DNA of 64,000 bases, from assembly GCA_963819815.1 (NCBI GenBank), contig CAWFXL010000001.1, positions 160,001 through 224,000 of the forward strand, given 5' to 3'. Positions 1 through 10,473 of the stretch are shown here, one piece after another (positions within the stretch are counted from its first letter, which is position 1; each line of letters begins with the position of its first letter). The DNA comes from an uncultured bacterium (lineage in GTDB: Bacteria; Babelota; Babeliae; Babelales; Babelaceae). The notes beneath the pieces are model-generated. The model was not told the DNA's origin, made no database searches, and worked only from the letters and a program-made list of their open reading frames with translations. Both the position numbers and the translations under genes were made by a program.

Positions 1-88
1 TATTTTCATTAAGAATACCAAGCTTCGCGGGCTCTTTCGAGTTTAGCGTTACGTTGCTAGTATGCTTCGATTTGAATCAATGCTTTTT

Positions 89-1477
89 CTAGAGGAGTGC
101 ATAGCCAATTCCTGAAATTACTAAAGCGCAGATTAACGTCTTGCCGTATGGTCTAAAGGATGGCCAAATATTCCAGCGATAAAAAGAGTACAACGAGAGC
201 AGCATAAAAGTACTGAGCCTGATGCAGACGATGGTAGTAAGTATGGCAAGAGGTGTCTGAAGATACTGTACCACGACATACACAACACCTATGCTCAGAA
301 GATTAATCCCAAGATAGGTATGTGCATCTTCTTCTACGATATACCATTTTTCATAGAGGACAAAAAGGCTTTCAAGAAAGGTAAGCAGCACCATACCATA
401 GAGGAGAGACCAGGTTACCGCCGACGCACTTGGTACGGTATGATGAAGGGCGATCTTTTTACCATTAATGATAAGAAATATGAGTAAGCCATACAGGACC
501 TGATTGAAGACCTCCGTAAGAAAATGGAAAGCTTGTGTTTGAGTTTCCAGCGAACGAGATTTAAGGTGAGCAAGGAGCGCATTACTTGTTACCCCAAGCA
601 CTTTTTTTGCCACAATAGTAATCCAATAAGAGATACTTGATATGACTTTCATGAGGCTTGCAGATTCGATACCAAACTGAAACGCACACAGGGGTACGAG
701 GAAATTTCCCGAATACAGTTGCTGTAAGCAGTTGAGTACCCACGAGAAAATTCGAGTTTTTGAGATGCGGAAAAAAAGCTCAAGCTTCGAAATTAGTGCT
801 ATCTCCTGAGTGTCTAAAGTGCCATACCAATAGGCAAGACAACCAATAAGGAGTATGCATTGCAGAAGGGACGCATACATGAGTATCTGCAAACTTGTAA
901 GAAGGGTAAGGTGGCCAAAGTAGTGAAGAACAATAATGCCGACTACATTGATTCCAATACCTAACAACTCCACAAAAGCGGCAAATCGAAAGTAAAAACT
1001 CAATTGAAGAAATGCTCGGATGGTTTTGCGGTTGCTTTCAAAGAAAAAAATGAGAAGTGTGTATACAAGCAAATGGGTTGAGAAATATGGTGCAATAGTT
1101 TTAAAAAAATGGAGACCTGGAATATGAGAGGAACTGAGGTAGGTTGTAGTGCAAAGGATAGCGAGGAATACTATTTGCGGTATAAGAAGTACCTGAGTAA
1201 GCAACCAAAACCGTTTACGAGAGACGGAAAAAGTTTCAAGAAAGGGAGCTAGGGTAGTATCAAGTCCCAGGTTAGCAATCGCAACTGCTAAGTAGATTAA
1301 TGAGAGTAAGCAACCAAGGACTCCATGGAGAATGGTTCCTGCGTAGGTGCGATAGAGAAGGTGGAAAAGTATAACAAGACCCTGACTACCAAAAGAGTCA
1401 ATAAACGTCCAGATAATACCAAACTTAAATTGTGGAAGATACGGAAGATGGTAGGTTTGTTTCGTCATGGTGCTCAC
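89..1477 (-). CDS. Polytopic membrane protein, probable polysaccharide/lipid flippase (Wzx/MATE-like)
   Basis: 462 aa with about 12 hydrophobic segments; early 'IANLGLDTTLAPF' resembles the Wzx-like motif. Confidence 0.5.
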   Translation of the reverse strand: MSTMTKQTYHLPYLPQFKFGIIWTFIDSFGSQGLVILFHLLYRTYAGTILHGVLGCLLSLIYLAVAIANLGLDTTLAPFLETFSVSRKRFWLLTQVLLIPQIVFLAILCTTTYLSSSHIPGLHFFKTIAPYFSTHLLVYTLLIFFFESNRKTIRAFLQLSFYFRFAAFVELLGIGINVVGIIVLHYFGHLTLLTSLQILMYASLLQCILLIGCLAYWYGTLDTQEIALISKLELFFRISKTRIFSWVLNCLQQLYSGNFLVPLCAFQFGIESASLMKVISSISYWITIVAKKVLGVTSNALLAHLKSRSLETQTQAFHFLTEVFNQVLYGLLIFLIINGKKIALHHTVPSASAVTWSLLYGMVLLTFLESLFVLYEKWYIVEEDAHTYLGINLLSIGVVYVVVQYLQTPLAILTTIVCIRLSTFMLLSLYSFYRWNIWPSFRPYGKTLICALVISGIGYALL

Positions 1478-1582
1478 AAGAAAAAAATGTGCATATGAGA
1501 CTAGTATAATCGTAAAACGAATGTTATACTAAAGTCACTTAATTCTAGTAAACCAATAAGCTTTTGAGCATGAGGTTAGTAA

Positions 1583-2098
1583 ATGTTTTCTGAACAAGAA
1601 AAAGTTGTCTATCCAGGGCATGGCGTTGCGAAAATAGAGCGAATTGTAAAAAAAAATGTCGGCGGCGCAGAAGCATCATTTTATGAGTTAGCATTTCTCA
1701 ATAAAGATATGACGGTTCTTGTACCCGTTGAAAGTTCCTGTTCTGTTGGTCTTCGTGCACTCAGTTCTCATGAGCATGTGGTGGGCGTATTGTCATACCT
1801 TACTGAAGAAGTAGAGCATGCTTCAACGATAGAGTTTGTTCCTGCAAACTGGAGTAAGCGTAATAAGGAATATCAGTCAAAGCTCAAAAAAGGTGACCTT
1901 AAAGAGCTCTGTGAAATATACCGAGATCTTCATATTATCTCTACCCACAAAGAACTTTCATTTGGAGAAAAAACTCTTCTTCATCAAATCGAATCACTAT
2001 TAGTCGAAGAAATATCGCTTGTTGAGGAAATTGGCGAGGAAAAAATGATCGAACATCTTCGATCTCTCTGCTCACAAATCTCTGAAAAAAGGGTGTGA
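1583..2098 (+). CDS. carD: CarD/CdnL family RNA polymerase-binding regulator
   Basis: N-terminal 'VVYPGHGVAKI', 'VLVPV...VGLR', 'NWSKR', 'LSFGEK' CarD motifs. Confidence 0.9.
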   Translation: MFSEQEKVVYPGHGVAKIERIVKKNVGGAEASFYELAFLNKDMTVLVPVESSCSVGLRALSSHEHVVGVLSYLTEEVEHASTIEFVPANWSKRNKEYQSKLKKGDLKELCEIYRDLHIISTHKELSFGEKTLLHQIESLLVEEISLVEEIGEEKMIEHLRSLCSQISEKRV

Positions 2099-2126
2099 TT
2101 GAAACCGCTTACTGGGATATGGGTAC

Positions 2127-3108
2127 ATGACACTTCCTTTTTTTATGATTATTTCAGGTCCGACCGGGGTAGGTAAAACGGCCCTCGTGGATGAGCTTAT
2201 TTCTCAGGTCTCTTTTCCTTTAGAAATTATTAATGCTGACATGGGACAGCTCTATGAGCCACTTACCATAGGTACTGCAAAGCCCGATCTCAGTGCCGTC
2301 AAAGTTCCTCATCATATGTTTGATATCATTCAAGATCCTCTTGATTACACTGCTTCTAGCCTATAGAGCACGCGCTCTTGAGCTGATACAAGAAATAACC
2401 TCACGTGGAGCAGTCCCGCTCTTTGTCGGCGGTTCAGGTTTTTATCTAGCTACATTATTCTATCCTCCTTGCGACGCACCTCTTCAAGGGGCAGATCCAG
2501 TAACCTATACAGAGAAACCAACACCAGAATTATGGGAGCTTCTTAATCAGGTTGATCCTGCACGCGCTCAGATGGTGCATAAGCATGATCGCTATAGGAT
2601 TATTCGTGCGTTGCGCATTTTTTATGAAACGGGCAAACAGCCTTCTTCATGTGAACCGGTATTTGATCCTCCGGGGAAATGCGCCTTTTACTACTTAGTA
2701 CGAGATCAGGAAGATCTCTATGAGCGCATAAATAAGCGCACTCAGATAATGCTCGATGAAGGGTGGTTTGATGAAGTGCAAGGTTTATCAAAAGAGTGGC
2801 ATGAATTCTTGCTTTCAAAAAAGTTGATCGGATATCCCGAGATTATCAACTATATGCAAGCAGAATCGTTAGGTCTTTTAGGTGATGATGCTTATGAGCA
2901 GCTGAATGCACAAATTTCTCAGAAAACTCGTTCTTATGCAAAAAGACAGATAACATTTTGGAAGCAGTTAAAAAAACGATGTATGCAGAGTGATCCACAG
3001 AAAGAGTATTTTCTCTCACTGGAAGAGATCAACCTCTCACACTCCTCTTTTGAAAGCGTTCTCACTTCTTTAAAAGCTGGTTTGGTATCACCTGTGCAAT
3101 CAAAATGA
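2127..3108 (+). CDS. miaA: tRNA dimethylallyltransferase, interrupted by a one-base frameshift near 2355-2360
   Basis: ORF 2127-2366 has 'GPTGVGKT' and 'INADMGQLY..LTIGTAKP'; ORF 2293-3108 has 'VGGSGFY', 'RIIRAL', 'IGYPE', 'TRSYAKRQITF'; removing one base joins DYTAS to AYRARA. Confidence 0.9.
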
Positions 3109-3197
3109 AGCTAGTTTTATGAGCTTTTTCTCCTTACAAAAAGCATGAGGCTGTTTTGAAACGATGAGCTGCTGAGGTCAAGCCAGCAGAAAAAACT

Positions 3198-3226
3198 TTG
3201 ACACCTCAAGCGTTGCATGGTACGGT
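3198..3226 (+). promoter_or_regulatory. Sigma70-type promoter
   Basis: TTGACA-17 bp-TACGGT with TGn extension. Confidence 0.5.
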
Positions 3227-3353
3227 ATGGACACGAAGCTTTACTCCTTAATGAGGGTGCGAAACTCTAGCACATAGCGAATTCCACCCAGATAAAAAAA
3301 GAGTGCGAGTTGAAATTCTATATATGATTGGTGAGTTATTAAGGATGTCTCAC

Positions 3354-3941
3354 ATGCTACACGATAGATCATTAGGTACACGCACGTCCCAGGAAAAAGA
3401 CATTGCTGGGGTGGACCGAGCTCTGACCGAATTGCTTGCTCATGAGGATATGAGTGAGCAAGAGAATGTTGGCACTACTTCTATGCATGGTAGCGACCGC
3501 ATCGAGATTACTCAACAGCAAGTAAGTCGAAGTATGGCACTGGTACTTGTGGGTTCCTTTCTTCTATTTTTAGCTGGCTATACACTTGGAAAATATCATG
3601 TAGTTCAGAGTACTTCAGAAGGTGCAAAGTTGATCCCTGACTTAGTCTATGGTATGTTCTTTGAAAGGGTTACTGAGGAACCGCTTACTGTACCTCATAA
3701 AGAAGTACATGGAGAATATGGTCGTTTTGCAACCTTTGAAGAAGCTGATAAGCTTTGTAGGGAGTTGAAAAAAAGGGGAATTCTTACTCAAGTAGTTACC
3801 CGAAGCAGTTCTACGGTGAATGGTAGATGTTTTGTGCACTATGCTGTTTGTAAAGAGACTCAAAAGGAACGTATTCCTAGTGAGCCTGTAGTGGAAAAGG
3901 TTGTGGAAGATATAAAGAAAGGTGGTTGCCTCAATGATTAG
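3354..3941 (+). CDS. Single-pass membrane protein with SPOR-like C-terminal domain
   Basis: TM 'ALVLVGSFLLFLAGYTLG'; 'YGRFATFEEADKLCRELKKRGI' SPOR-like; start chosen from AAGGA RBS (track start 3303). Confidence 0.5.
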   Translation: MLHDRSLGTRTSQEKDIAGVDRALTELLAHEDMSEQENVGTTSMHGSDRIEITQQQVSRSMALVLVGSFLLFLAGYTLGKYHVVQSTSEGAKLIPDLVYGMFFERVTEEPLTVPHKEVHGEYGRFATFEEADKLCRELKKRGILTQVVTRSSSTVNGRCFVHYAVCKETQKERIPSEPVVEKVVEDIKKGGCLND

Positions 3942-5877
3942 TGATATACGTAAGACGTTACAAACTCGTCCAGTTAAAATATTTCTGTGGATGCTCGTTG
4001 CCTCTTTTTTTATTGGGATTATTCCTTTGGCATTTCGGGGACGTCATGCTGAAGATAGCCTCGGCACAGTAAATGGATATCATATAGGGGTACTTGAATA
4101 TAGGCGTAAGCTTAATGAAATACAAGGTCATATTCGTGAGCTTCAACAAGCATATGGGATTCAAGCGGATATGGTTCTGAAGATGTGGGGCTTAGATAAG
4201 CGTCCTGATGAGGTAGTATTAGACAGTCTTATTAATGCTAAGGTGAGTAAGTCTTTAAATGATCGTTTAGGTGTGCAAGTAGATAACGAGTATCTCCAAG
4301 CCAAATTACGCGACCCTTATTTTGTGCGCCAATATTTGAGCAACATTATTCCTCCACAAGCTTTAGTGGGTGGTAGTATCGATACGGCTGCACTTGAATA
4401 TAATCTTGAACGCCAAGGGATCTCTCATGATGAGTTTGATGAAATGCTTAACGATGCTATGTTGAGTGCATTTCTTGCAAAACTCATTGCAGGTGGCTTA
4501 TATATTTCTGAAGGATCATTAAAGGATTACTTTATTGGCCAATCGGTGAAAAAGAAGTTTGCTTACGTCGGTCTACCTCTTTCTAAGTATCTTACGAAAG
4601 CTAAAGAGCAAAAAATTACTGATGCTGAGTTAGAAGAGTATTATGCAAAACCCGCACATCAAGATCCTTATCGCATTCCTGAAAAAAGGTCAGCCAAAGT
4701 GTGGACTTTCTCTCCAGATTCATTTGGTGTGGTGGTTACCGATAAAGACCTTGAGACAGCCTACCAGCGAAATAAGCGCAATTATATAAAGACTCCGGCT
4801 ACCGTACAGGTACAACATATCTTGTTACCCTTTACTGCAGAAAATAAAGTGGAGATGCGAGCTCGCGCACAGGCCATCTATGATGAAGTGACCGCAAAAC
4901 CGGATACCTTTGCAGCAGTTGCCGCGAAGGATTCACAATCAAAAGATAAAGGTACCACGATTACTCTAAAACGTACCGATAAAAATTCGGCTTTTACTAA
5001 GGAGGCGTTTGGTCTTCACAAGGGGAGCATTTCTCCGGTGGTAGAGACTGAGGAAGGATTTGAGATTATCAAACTGCTCGATAAAAAGGAGCCTGAGTTC
5101 AAACCACTTGATGAGGTTAAAGGGGATCTGTCGAAGCAGCTTAAAGAAGAAAAGTTTACTCAAGTCTTTGATGCAAACGCACAGCGCGTTTTAAGTCAAT
5201 CTAAGGACGAGCCAACGATCTTGGCAAGTTTTATTGAGCGCCATAAAGGGCAGGAAAGTACCCTTGCAGATGAGACTCGTTCTGAGAAGCGTCTCAATAG
5301 CAGCCTCTTTGGGCTGCGTCGCATCGGAGAGAAAGCTTTCTTTGAGGATGCTCAAAAAGGATACATTATAGAGTTAACAGCGCTTAATCCAAGTACGATT
5401 CCTCCTTTAGAAAAAGTGCAAGAAAAGATCTTGGAAAAACTCTACAGTGAGCGAGCACATGAGCTCTTAAAGAAAGATCTCAACCAGGGAGTTGCTGATC
5501 TTGCTGATAAAAAAATGACGTTAGAACAGGTTGCACAGGCCCTTAATGGGAAAGTGGAAACAACCGATTGGGTGTCGTTCACCGATCAAGATTCTCTCAA
5601 AAAACTTCGCGAGTTAAAGATCAAGATGCCTAAGCTGCAACACCTAACCACAAAAAATGCAGCAACAAGTGATATTGCCGGCAATGAAGGCTATATTATT
5701 CAGGTTAAGGAGATCGAGCCGATTAACGAAAAAGAATTTCAGGAAATGAAACCGGCTATTCGTTTTCAGATCGCACGAAATGAACTAGAGGGAATAGGAA
5801 GAGCGTTCTTTCAAGCCTTAAGAGATAAAGCCCAGGTATCTATAAACAATGAGATGCTACGTCTGGCAAAAAGCTAA
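3934..5877 (+). CDS. PpiD/SurA-like membrane-anchored chaperone with parvulin PPIase domain
   Basis: N-terminal TM, 'GTVNG', 'VQVQHILLP', 'FAAVAAKDSQ', 'ISPVVETEEGFEIIKL'; about 650 aa PpiD architecture. Confidence 0.85.
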   Translation: MISDIRKTLQTRPVKIFLWMLVASFFIGIIPLAFRGRHAEDSLGTVNGYHIGVLEYRRKLNEIQGHIRELQQAYGIQADMVLKMWGLDKRPDEVVLDSLINAKVSKSLNDRLGVQVDNEYLQAKLRDPYFVRQYLSNIIPPQALVGGSIDTAALEYNLERQGISHDEFDEMLNDAMLSAFLAKLIAGGLYISEGSLKDYFIGQSVKKKFAYVGLPLSKYLTKAKEQKITDAELEEYYAKPAHQDPYRIPEKRSAKVWTFSPDSFGVVVTDKDLETAYQRNKRNYIKTPATVQVQHILLPFTAENKVEMRARAQAIYDEVTAKPDTFAAVAAKDSQSKDKGTTITLKRTDKNSAFTKEAFGLHKGSISPVVETEEGFEIIKLLDKKEPEFKPLDEVKGDLSKQLKEEKFTQVFDANAQRVLSQSKDEPTILASFIERHKGQESTLADETRSEKRLNSSLFGLRRIGEKAFFEDAQKGYIIELTALNPSTIPPLEKVQEKILEKLYSERAHELLKKDLNQGVADLADKKMTLEQVAQALNGKVETTDWVSFTDQDSLKKLRELKIKMPKLQHLTTKNAATSDIAGNEGYIIQVKEIEPINEKEFQEMKPAIRFQIARNELEGIGRAFFQALRDKAQVSINNEMLRLAKS

Positions 5878-5896
5878 GAAAAAGTTATGATTAGAA

Positions 5897-5933
5897 GTAG
5901 TAAGGGTATCCTTGTATAGGGTACCCTTACTGC
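5897..5933 (+). terminator. Stem-loop downstream of ppiD-like gene
   Basis: GTAGTAAGGGTATCCT / AGGGTACCCTTACTGC inverted repeat. Confidence 0.6.
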
Positions 5934-6062
5934 AGAGTTATTCAAGCAGTACCAGAGTACAGTAAGACTTGAACCGTGTAGTGAGTTCGAGAGATCTCAA
6001 ATTCAGAATCTGCAAAAGATATAGTGAATACGTGAATATACAAATAGCCCAAAGGGGTACCT

Positions 6063-7017
6063 ATGATTATTCAAGCGACACAGCTTCGTAAAACTTTTGT
6101 GAGTAAGTCCCATGTCGTAGAGAGCGTAAAAGATGTGACCCTTGCATGTAGAGCAGGGTGAGATATTTGGGTTCATTGGACCAAATGGTGCTGGAAAAAC
6201 GACTACGATGAGAATGCTCACGACACTCTTGGTTCCCACTGAGGGAAACGCCTTGATTGCAGGCCATGATCTTATTAAAGAGCAGCAGAGCATTCGAAAA
6301 AAAATCGGCTATGTAAGCCAAGCAGGGGGACTCGATCCTGCCTGTACTGCTCGAGAAAATCTTATTTTCCAGGCACAATTGCATGGGTTTTCGTTGCATG
6401 ATGCACAGCTTCGCGCCAAGGAACTTGTTGCAACGTTTTTGCTTGAACCCTTTGCCGATCGTCCGGTGAGCACCTATTCAGGTGGACAGAAAAGACGGGT
6501 AGATGTCGCATTATCATTAGTACATAAACCGCAATTGCTGTTTCTTGATGAGCCGACCACAGGACTTGATCCACAAAGTAGAGCTCATCTTTGGCAAGAA
6601 CTTATGAAGATTAGAGAGCAGGGTACGACGATATTTTTAACGACACATTATCTTGATGAAGCTGATGTGCTCTGTGATAGGATCGCTATTATTGATTATG
6701 GTATGATAGTTGCAGAAGGCACTCCGCATGCTCTGAAAAAGCAGATAGGTGGAGATATTGTGATGCTAGGTATTGAAGCTTCATCCAATGACTCGCTTAA
6801 AGATCTCATTAAATCGCAGTCATTTGTACGTGAAATAACCGAAAGCACTGAGGGACTTCGTATTTGCGTAGATCACGGGGAGCATGCACTGGCAAGCTTA
6901 GTACGTCTTTTTGATCAAACTAAAGTTCCTCTACAAAAAATCAGTCTTTCACGACCTACCCTTGATGATGTATTTCTTAAGCAGACTGGTCGATCATTGC
7001 GCGAAACTTCTTTATAA
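6063..7017 (+). CDS. ABC exporter ATP-binding subunit (DrrA/NodI type); frameshift near 6140
   Basis: 'GPNGAGKTT', 'YSGGQKRR', 'LFLDEPTTGLDP'; expected N-terminus MIIQATQLRKTF... begins at ATG 6063 in another frame and joins by removing one C in ACCCTTG. Confidence 0.9.
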
Positions 7018-7028
7018 AGGATCTTTTC

Positions 7029-7790
7029 ATGAAAGTACTTAACGACACCTTACTTATCTATCGCTATACATTACGTGCTACGTTACGTAATCCGATTTTT
7101 GTTATTATTGGTCTATTTAATCCGCTATGCTTCTTATTCTTATTTGCGCCGTTATTACGCGAGCTTTCCAATACCCCGTATTTTTCAGGTGCGAATACGC
7201 TCTCTATCTTTTTACCAGGTCTTCTGGTGATGATGGGAATGTATGCATCAGCATATGCAGGCTTTAAGATAATCGATGAAATACGAAATGGATTCATTGA
7301 GCGTTTATGGGTTTCTCCGGTAAGCAGACTCGCTCTGGTTGCTGGTAGGACTCTTCGTGACACGACTATTTTGGTATTTCAAACAACCATATTGATTATA
7401 TTGTCCTATTTCTGGGGCCTTGAAGCCAACCTGCTTGGCGTTCTCGGTGCTCTTTTCCTTGTCGTGTTAGTTGGTATAACGCTGTCTTCCTGCTCCTATA
7501 TACTAGGGCTTATCTTTAAAGAAGAGGAAGCATTGGCTGCTGCAATTAACTTCTTCATAGTTCCTTTGCAATTGTTGTCGGGCATTACGCTTCCTTTAGC
7601 GTTAGCGCCTTTATGGCTTAAGCGAACAGCTCAGTTTAATCCACTGTCTCATGTAGTTGATGGAAGCCGAGCTTTGTTTGCAGGGAACTTCTCAGATGCA
7701 TCAGTTCTATTAAGCTTTGGGCTGATGATTGCTTTGGCCAGTGGGACCGTTTATGCATTGGTAAGGTCCTACAAAACTAAAGCTGTCTAG
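7029..7790 (+). CDS. ABC-2 type permease (DrrB-like)
   Basis: Six TM segments, 'GFIERLWVSPVSR', 'FNPLSHVVDGSRAL'. Confidence 0.9.
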   Translation: MKVLNDTLLIYRYTLRATLRNPIFVIIGLFNPLCFLFLFAPLLRELSNTPYFSGANTLSIFLPGLLVMMGMYASAYAGFKIIDEIRNGFIERLWVSPVSRLALVAGRTLRDTTILVFQTTILIILSYFWGLEANLLGVLGALFLVVLVGITLSSCSYILGLIFKEEEALAAAINFFIVPLQLLSGITLPLALAPLWLKRTAQFNPLSHVVDGSRALFAGNFSDASVLLSFGLMIALASGTVYALVRSYKTKAV

Positions 7791-7894
7791 AAGCACAGTT
7801 CATACGTATAGTCTCATTTTGTTCCCATGATCAAATTCGCCTAAGATGCGATGAGGTTATTGCTTTCTCTTGCCCTGATTGGATAAATTTCGGA

Positions 7895-7922
7895 TTGACA
7901 ATTTTTGACTATATGATATCGT
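7895..7922 (+). promoter_or_regulatory. Sigma70-type promoter
   Basis: TTGACA-16 bp-TATCGT with TGn extension, about 100 bp before the ankyrin gene. Confidence 0.45.
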
Positions 7923-8020
7923 TAATTCTGAATTACTAAGGTTGCCGCATGGCAGTTACCGTTTTAGAATGTGAAATTAACGAGTATGACGGTGTTTCTA
8001 GAGACATATTAAGGATTTAG

Positions 8021-10171
8021 ATGACAAAATATAAAGTAATGAAAGTGCTGTGTATGCTTAGCATACCTCTGAATACTTTGAGTATGAGCATGCCTAGGGC
8101 AGAAGAAGTACAGAGAGTACGCTCAGAACTCTTTTCTGCTTGCTATAAGGGCGATACTGCGAAAATAGATGAGCTCTTATCGGGAGAGAATTTGTCTGTA
8201 GAATATTTTAAGGGCCCAGTAGAACCTTTAAAAGAGCTATGTAGTGATAATCGGTATATTTCTAGTATGGCATTAGTCAACAAACGTGAGGCTTCTTTGC
8301 TTCATTATGCTTCCTGGAGAGGCCATGCAGCTTTGATCCGCAGAGTGCATGAAAAATACCCAGGGCTAGTCTCGATGAAAGACAATAATGGAGTAACGGC
8401 GCTTCATTGTGCTGCAGCTGCAGGTCATAGAGAGTGCATTGAGCTCTTACATAATCTAGATCCAGAAATTGGTAGAGTGCAAGTCTCTGGAGCAACGGCA
8501 CTTCATTGGGCTGCAGCTGCAGGTCATAGAGAGTGCATTGAGCTCTTACATAATCTAGATCCAGAATTAATCAGGATGAAGGACAATCATGGAGCAACGG
8601 CACTTAATCATGCTGCATTTGGAGGTCGTAGAGAGTGCATAGAGCTCTTACATAGATTAGATCCAGAACTAATCAGGATGAAAGGCAATAATGGAGCAAC
8701 GGCGCTTCATTGTGCTGCTGAAAGGGACCAAAAAGAGTGTATAGAGACATTGCATAAGTTAGATCCAGAATTAATCAGGATGAAGGACAATCATGGAGCA
8801 ACGGCACTTAATTATGCTGCAGCTAAGGGTCATAGAGAGTGTATAGAGCTCTTACATAGGTTAGATCCAGAACTAATCAGGATGAAGGACAATAATGGAG
8901 CAACGGCGCTTCATTGTGCTGCTGGAATGGGCCATAGAGAGTGCGTAGAACTCTTACATAGGTTAGATTCAGAACTAATCAGGATGAAAACCAATAATGG
9001 AGCAACGGCGCTTCATTGTGCTGCTGAAAGGGGCCAAAAAGAGTGTATAGAGACATTGGATAGGTTAGATTCAGAACTAATCAGGATGAAAAGCAATAAC
9101 GGAGCTACGGCGCTTCATCGTGCCGCTGAAAGGGGCCATAAACAGTGTATAGAGCTCTTACATAGGTTAGATCCAGAACTAATCAGGATGAAGGACAATA
9201 ATCGAGCAACGGCACTTAATCATGCTGCAGCTAAGGGTCATAGAGAGTGCATAGAACTCTTACATAGGTTAGATCCACAGCTAATTAGGGTGAAAATGAA
9301 TAGTGGAATGACGGCACTTCATTGGGCTGCAGTTAATGGTCATAGAGGGTGCATAGAGCTATTACATGCGTTAGACCAAGAACTTATTAGAAGGCAAGAC
9401 AATAATGGTTTTACAGCACTTCATCATGCCGCGGATCGTGGTCAAGATGCATCTGTTGCATGGCTTTGTCGACAAAGTTATGGGATCAATAGTGTTAACT
9501 ATAATGGGCATACGCCCCTAGTAGTAGCCATTAGAGCTCGAAAGGCTAAAGTAATAGAATTGCTTCTTGATGCAGGATCTGATATAACATTTGAGCATGC
9601 ACTAGGTCGAAATGCTTTCTACTATTGTGCGCTATCATGTGATGAAGAACTTGTGACGATATTGCTAAGAAGGGCTTATAAGCTCTTTAGGCCTGTAGCA
9701 TCTGTAGTAGAACAGGCTGGAATGCGATTAAGGGTTTCAGAGAGAGTGCTGTCAAAATTCAGTATTATAAACTATCCATTGGCATGGACGTTCTTGTCGG
9801 AACCTTTACGTGAGGACTGTATTCTGATGCTTCAAGGAAAGCTAATCTTAGGAAAGCCGATTTTGAAGAAAGATATTTTCTTAGAAATGGCAAAGGAATA
9901 TACCGCGGATTTCTTAACAGACGAGTTTGTTAGTGAGTTTGAGAGAATTTTAGGTAGACCAGAGCTGACTCAGCAACAGCGCGAATTTATAAGCTCACTG
10001 CTGTTGAGAAGAGATGAGATGAAAGAAACCATTCTCAAGGGTATTGTTGAACGCTATCGTGAATTGTTAGTTGGAAACGAAGCAGGAAGTGATATCAATG
10101 CAGAAGAGATATCTGATCAGCATAAACGCCGAAGACTAGGGGAGGATGCTAGTAATGTTCCTTGTGCGTAG
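8021..10171 (+). CDS. Secreted ankyrin-repeat protein
   Basis: Signal-like N-terminus; about 11 near-identical 34-aa 'GATALHCAA..GH.ECIELL' repeats plus divergent flanking repeats. Confidence 0.95.
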   Translation: MTKYKVMKVLCMLSIPLNTLSMSMPRAEEVQRVRSELFSACYKGDTAKIDELLSGENLSVEYFKGPVEPLKELCSDNRYISSMALVNKREASLLHYASWRGHAALIRRVHEKYPGLVSMKDNNGVTALHCAAAAGHRECIELLHNLDPEIGRVQVSGATALHWAAAAGHRECIELLHNLDPELIRMKDNHGATALNHAAFGGRRECIELLHRLDPELIRMKGNNGATALHCAAERDQKECIETLHKLDPELIRMKDNHGATALNYAAAKGHRECIELLHRLDPELIRMKDNNGATALHCAAGMGHRECVELLHRLDSELIRMKTNNGATALHCAAERGQKECIETLDRLDSELIRMKSNNGATALHRAAERGHKQCIELLHRLDPELIRMKDNNRATALNHAAAKGHRECIELLHRLDPQLIRVKMNSGMTALHWAAVNGHRGCIELLHALDQELIRRQDNNGFTALHHAADRGQDASVAWLCRQSYGINSVNYNGHTPLVVAIRARKAKVIELLLDAGSDITFEHALGRNAFYYCALSCDEELVTILLRRAYKLFRPVASVVEQAGMRLRVSERVLSKFSIINYPLAWTFLSEPLREDCILMLQGKLILGKPILKKDIFLEMAKEYTADFLTDEFVSEFERILGRPELTQQQREFISSLLLRRDEMKETILKGIVERYRELLVGNEAGSDINAEEISDQHKRRRLGEDASNVPCA
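8375..9490 (+). repeat. Tandem array of about 102-bp ankyrin-coding units (about 11 copies)
   Basis: Recurrent 'ttagatccagaactaatcaggatgaa' and 'ggagcaacggc' at about 102-bp spacing. Confidence 0.95.
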
Positions 10172-10473
10172 AATTCAACTGTACGAAGTATTAACCATTT
10201 AGAGGGGGGTTTCAGTTTGTCATGAGCTGGAAAGCCTTGAATCTAAAGGTAGGGAGAGCGTAGTGCATTTCTTCAAATTATTCTTTTACGATTTACCGTG
10301 ATGTAGAACAATCCTTCTAAATAAGCTTTGAGCAGATAAGCACCGAGGTCTTCCCGACTTGCTTAACGGGAAGCCTGAGTGCCATGCATTTTTATTGCGT
10401 CTTTCGTAAATGCTGGTAAACTTAATAAACAAAGAGAAAATGTCTTGTACTACCTCACAGGAAAGCAACGCCC

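Noticed and set aside
1..60. Minus-strand CTC-GAAA-GAG hairpin before an ATG at position 9
   Set aside because: Downstream gene lies outside the window; too little to call a leader RNA
3227..3353. Possible riboswitch in the leader of the SPOR-like gene
   Set aside because: Only short hairpins; no riboswitch consensus recognised
6130..6150. Programmed frameshift in the ABC ATPase
   Set aside because: One extra C in a short run with no slippery heptamer; assembly error more likely
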